From positions 4,247 to 68,246 of the forward strand of contig CAZLWY010000243.1 in NCBI GenBank assembly GCA_964563425.1: 64,000 bases of DNA. Reading direction: 5' to 3'. A program made the position numbers and the translations under genes. Positions 63,247-64,000 of the stretch are shown one piece after another; the first letter of the stretch is position 1, and each line of letters begins with the position of its first letter. The DNA comes from an uncultured Acidobacteriaceae bacterium. GTDB taxonomy: Bacteria > Acidobacteriota > Terriglobia > Acidiferrales > UBA7541. The notes beneath the pieces were generated by a model that was given only the letters and a program-made list of their open reading frames with translations, searched no databases and was not told the DNA's origin.

Positions 63247-64000
63247 TTGAGCTATCACCTTCAAATCGTGGCGGATCCCTCCGATCGGCACGACTCATTC
63301 GCCCGGATCGAGGAGGCGATTGCGGCGATAGGCGCGGGTAGGATGGTGATCGTTGTGGACGATGAAGATCGGGAAAATGAAGGCGATTTGACGATCGCCG
63401 CCGAAAAAGTGACACCCGAAACCATCAACTTCATGGCGCGGTATGGCCGTGGGCTTATTTGCTTGGCGATGACGCCCGAACGGCTGGATGAACTCAAGAT
63501 TCCGCTGATGGTGTCCCAGAACAGCGCCCGTTTCGAGGCTGCATTTTGTGTGAGCATCGAGGCGAGAGCGGGCACGACGACCGGTATTTCGGCTGCCGAT
63601 CGAGCGGCAACGGTACGGGCGGCGATTGACCCGGCGACAAAGCCTTCCGATCTGAGTCGTCCCGGCCACATCTTTCCATTGCGCGCCTGCACTGCCGGAG
63701 TGCTCGCACGAGCCGGGCAAACGGAGGCTGCTGTGGACCTGGCGCGCATGGCCGGTCTGCGTCCGGCCGGAGTAATTTGTGAAATCGCGAATGAGGACGG
63801 CACAATGCCGCGCGTGCCGGAACTCCATCGCTTCGCACGCCGCCACGAGATCCCGCTCATAACTGTGGCAGATTTGATTACCTATCGCATGCGCACCGAG
63901 TCCATCGTCAGCAAGGTGGCGTCTGCGAGGCTGCCAACCGAGTACGGTGAGTTTAGTGTGCACGCGTTTGAAAATCAGATCGACAAACAGGCACACATCG
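63247..64000 (+). CDS. ribBA: bifunctional 3,4-dihydroxy-2-butanone-4-phosphate synthase / GTP cyclohydrolase II, 3' end outside the window
   Basis: TTG at 63247 lies 5 nt after [36 protein letters not shown] and [14 protein letters not shown] are RibB hallmarks. The open frame runs to the window end, where the RibA part begins ([13 protein letters not shown]). It is absent from the ORF track because no stop falls in the window. Confidence 0.9.
   Translation, partial: MSYHLQIVADPSDRHDSFARIEEAIAAIGAGRMVIVVDDEDRENEGDLTIAAEKVTPETINFMARYGRGLICLAMTPERLDELKIPLMVSQNSARFEAAFCVSIEARAGTTTGISAADRAATVRAAIDPATKPSDLSRPGHIFPLRACTAGVLARAGQTEAAVDLARMAGLRPAGVICEIANEDGTMPRVPELHRFARRHEIPLITVADLITYRMRTESIVSKVASARLPTEYGEFSVHAFENQIDKQAHI

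Noticed and set aside
62654-63996. Minus-strand ORFs 62654-63415, 63261-63860 and 63295-63996
   Set aside because: They are antisense to the decarboxylase 3' end and to ribBA. The ribBA frame on the plus strand carries unmistakable RibB motifs. It is missing from the track only because it has no stop inside the window.
1-64000. Scan for CRISPR arrays, tRNA/rRNA genes, transposases, integrases, phage or known defence-system genes
   Set aside because: No direct-repeat/spacer arrays, no cloverleaf-like conserved tRNA segments in the intergenic gaps, and no recombinase, nuclease or defence-type ORFs were recognised. The window looks like core chromosome rather than a mobile island. tRNAscan, Infernal and DefenseFinder runs would confirm.

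Overview
GC-rich bacterial chromosomal segment with about 50 tightly packed protein-coding genes. By eye there is no rRNA, tRNA, CRISPR array, transposase or integrase. Many long antisense shadow ORFs in the six-frame track are GC artefacts. The gene content (a TonB-dependent receptor with a carboxypeptidase-regulatory-like N-terminus, several sigma-54 enhancer-binding proteins, three tripartite efflux systems, Ku/LigD) fits an Acidobacteriota-type soil bacterium; this is inference only. Gene order, left to right: (1) 3' part of an NrfD/ActC-like gene plus an ActD-like gene. (2) Divergent ku-ligD NHEJ pair with two small ORFs beside ku. (3) DUF4142-type exported protein. (4) PAS histidine kinase plus a pseudo-receiver. 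(5) Gfo/Idh/MocA oxidoreductase, FNT channel and an orphan RsbW-like kinase. (6) OmpR/HK pair, an exported protein, an RraA-like protein and an MFP-RND-RND-OMF operon with tandem paralogous pumps. (7) A four-gene operon of exported proteins of unknown function: two paralogs, a small protein whose predicted mature N-terminus is His-His, and a cyclophilin. (8) A TonB-dependent receptor followed by a signal-less PhnD-like protein and a TusA-like/di-iron fusion. (9) Two paralogous membrane proteins and two oxidoreductases. (10) An RND-MFP-OMF operon headed by a small STAS-like gene and a candidate sigma-54 promoter. (11) Three sigma-54 activators (GAF-PAS, sensor-less, multi-PAS) interleaved with NDH-2, tandem Usp, ECF sigma and AI-2E transporter genes. 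(12) An EmrAB-TolC-like MFS efflux operon, a TPP-dependent 2-keto-acid decarboxylase and the 5' part of ribBA. The best candidates for undescribed biology are the exported-protein operon (25.1-28.5 kb), the TBDR/PhnD-like/di-iron unit (28.8-34.4 kb), and the recurring small STAS-like proteins next to sigma-54 activators and efflux operons (43.8-57 kb). All functional calls rest on motif recognition by eye; no database search was run.
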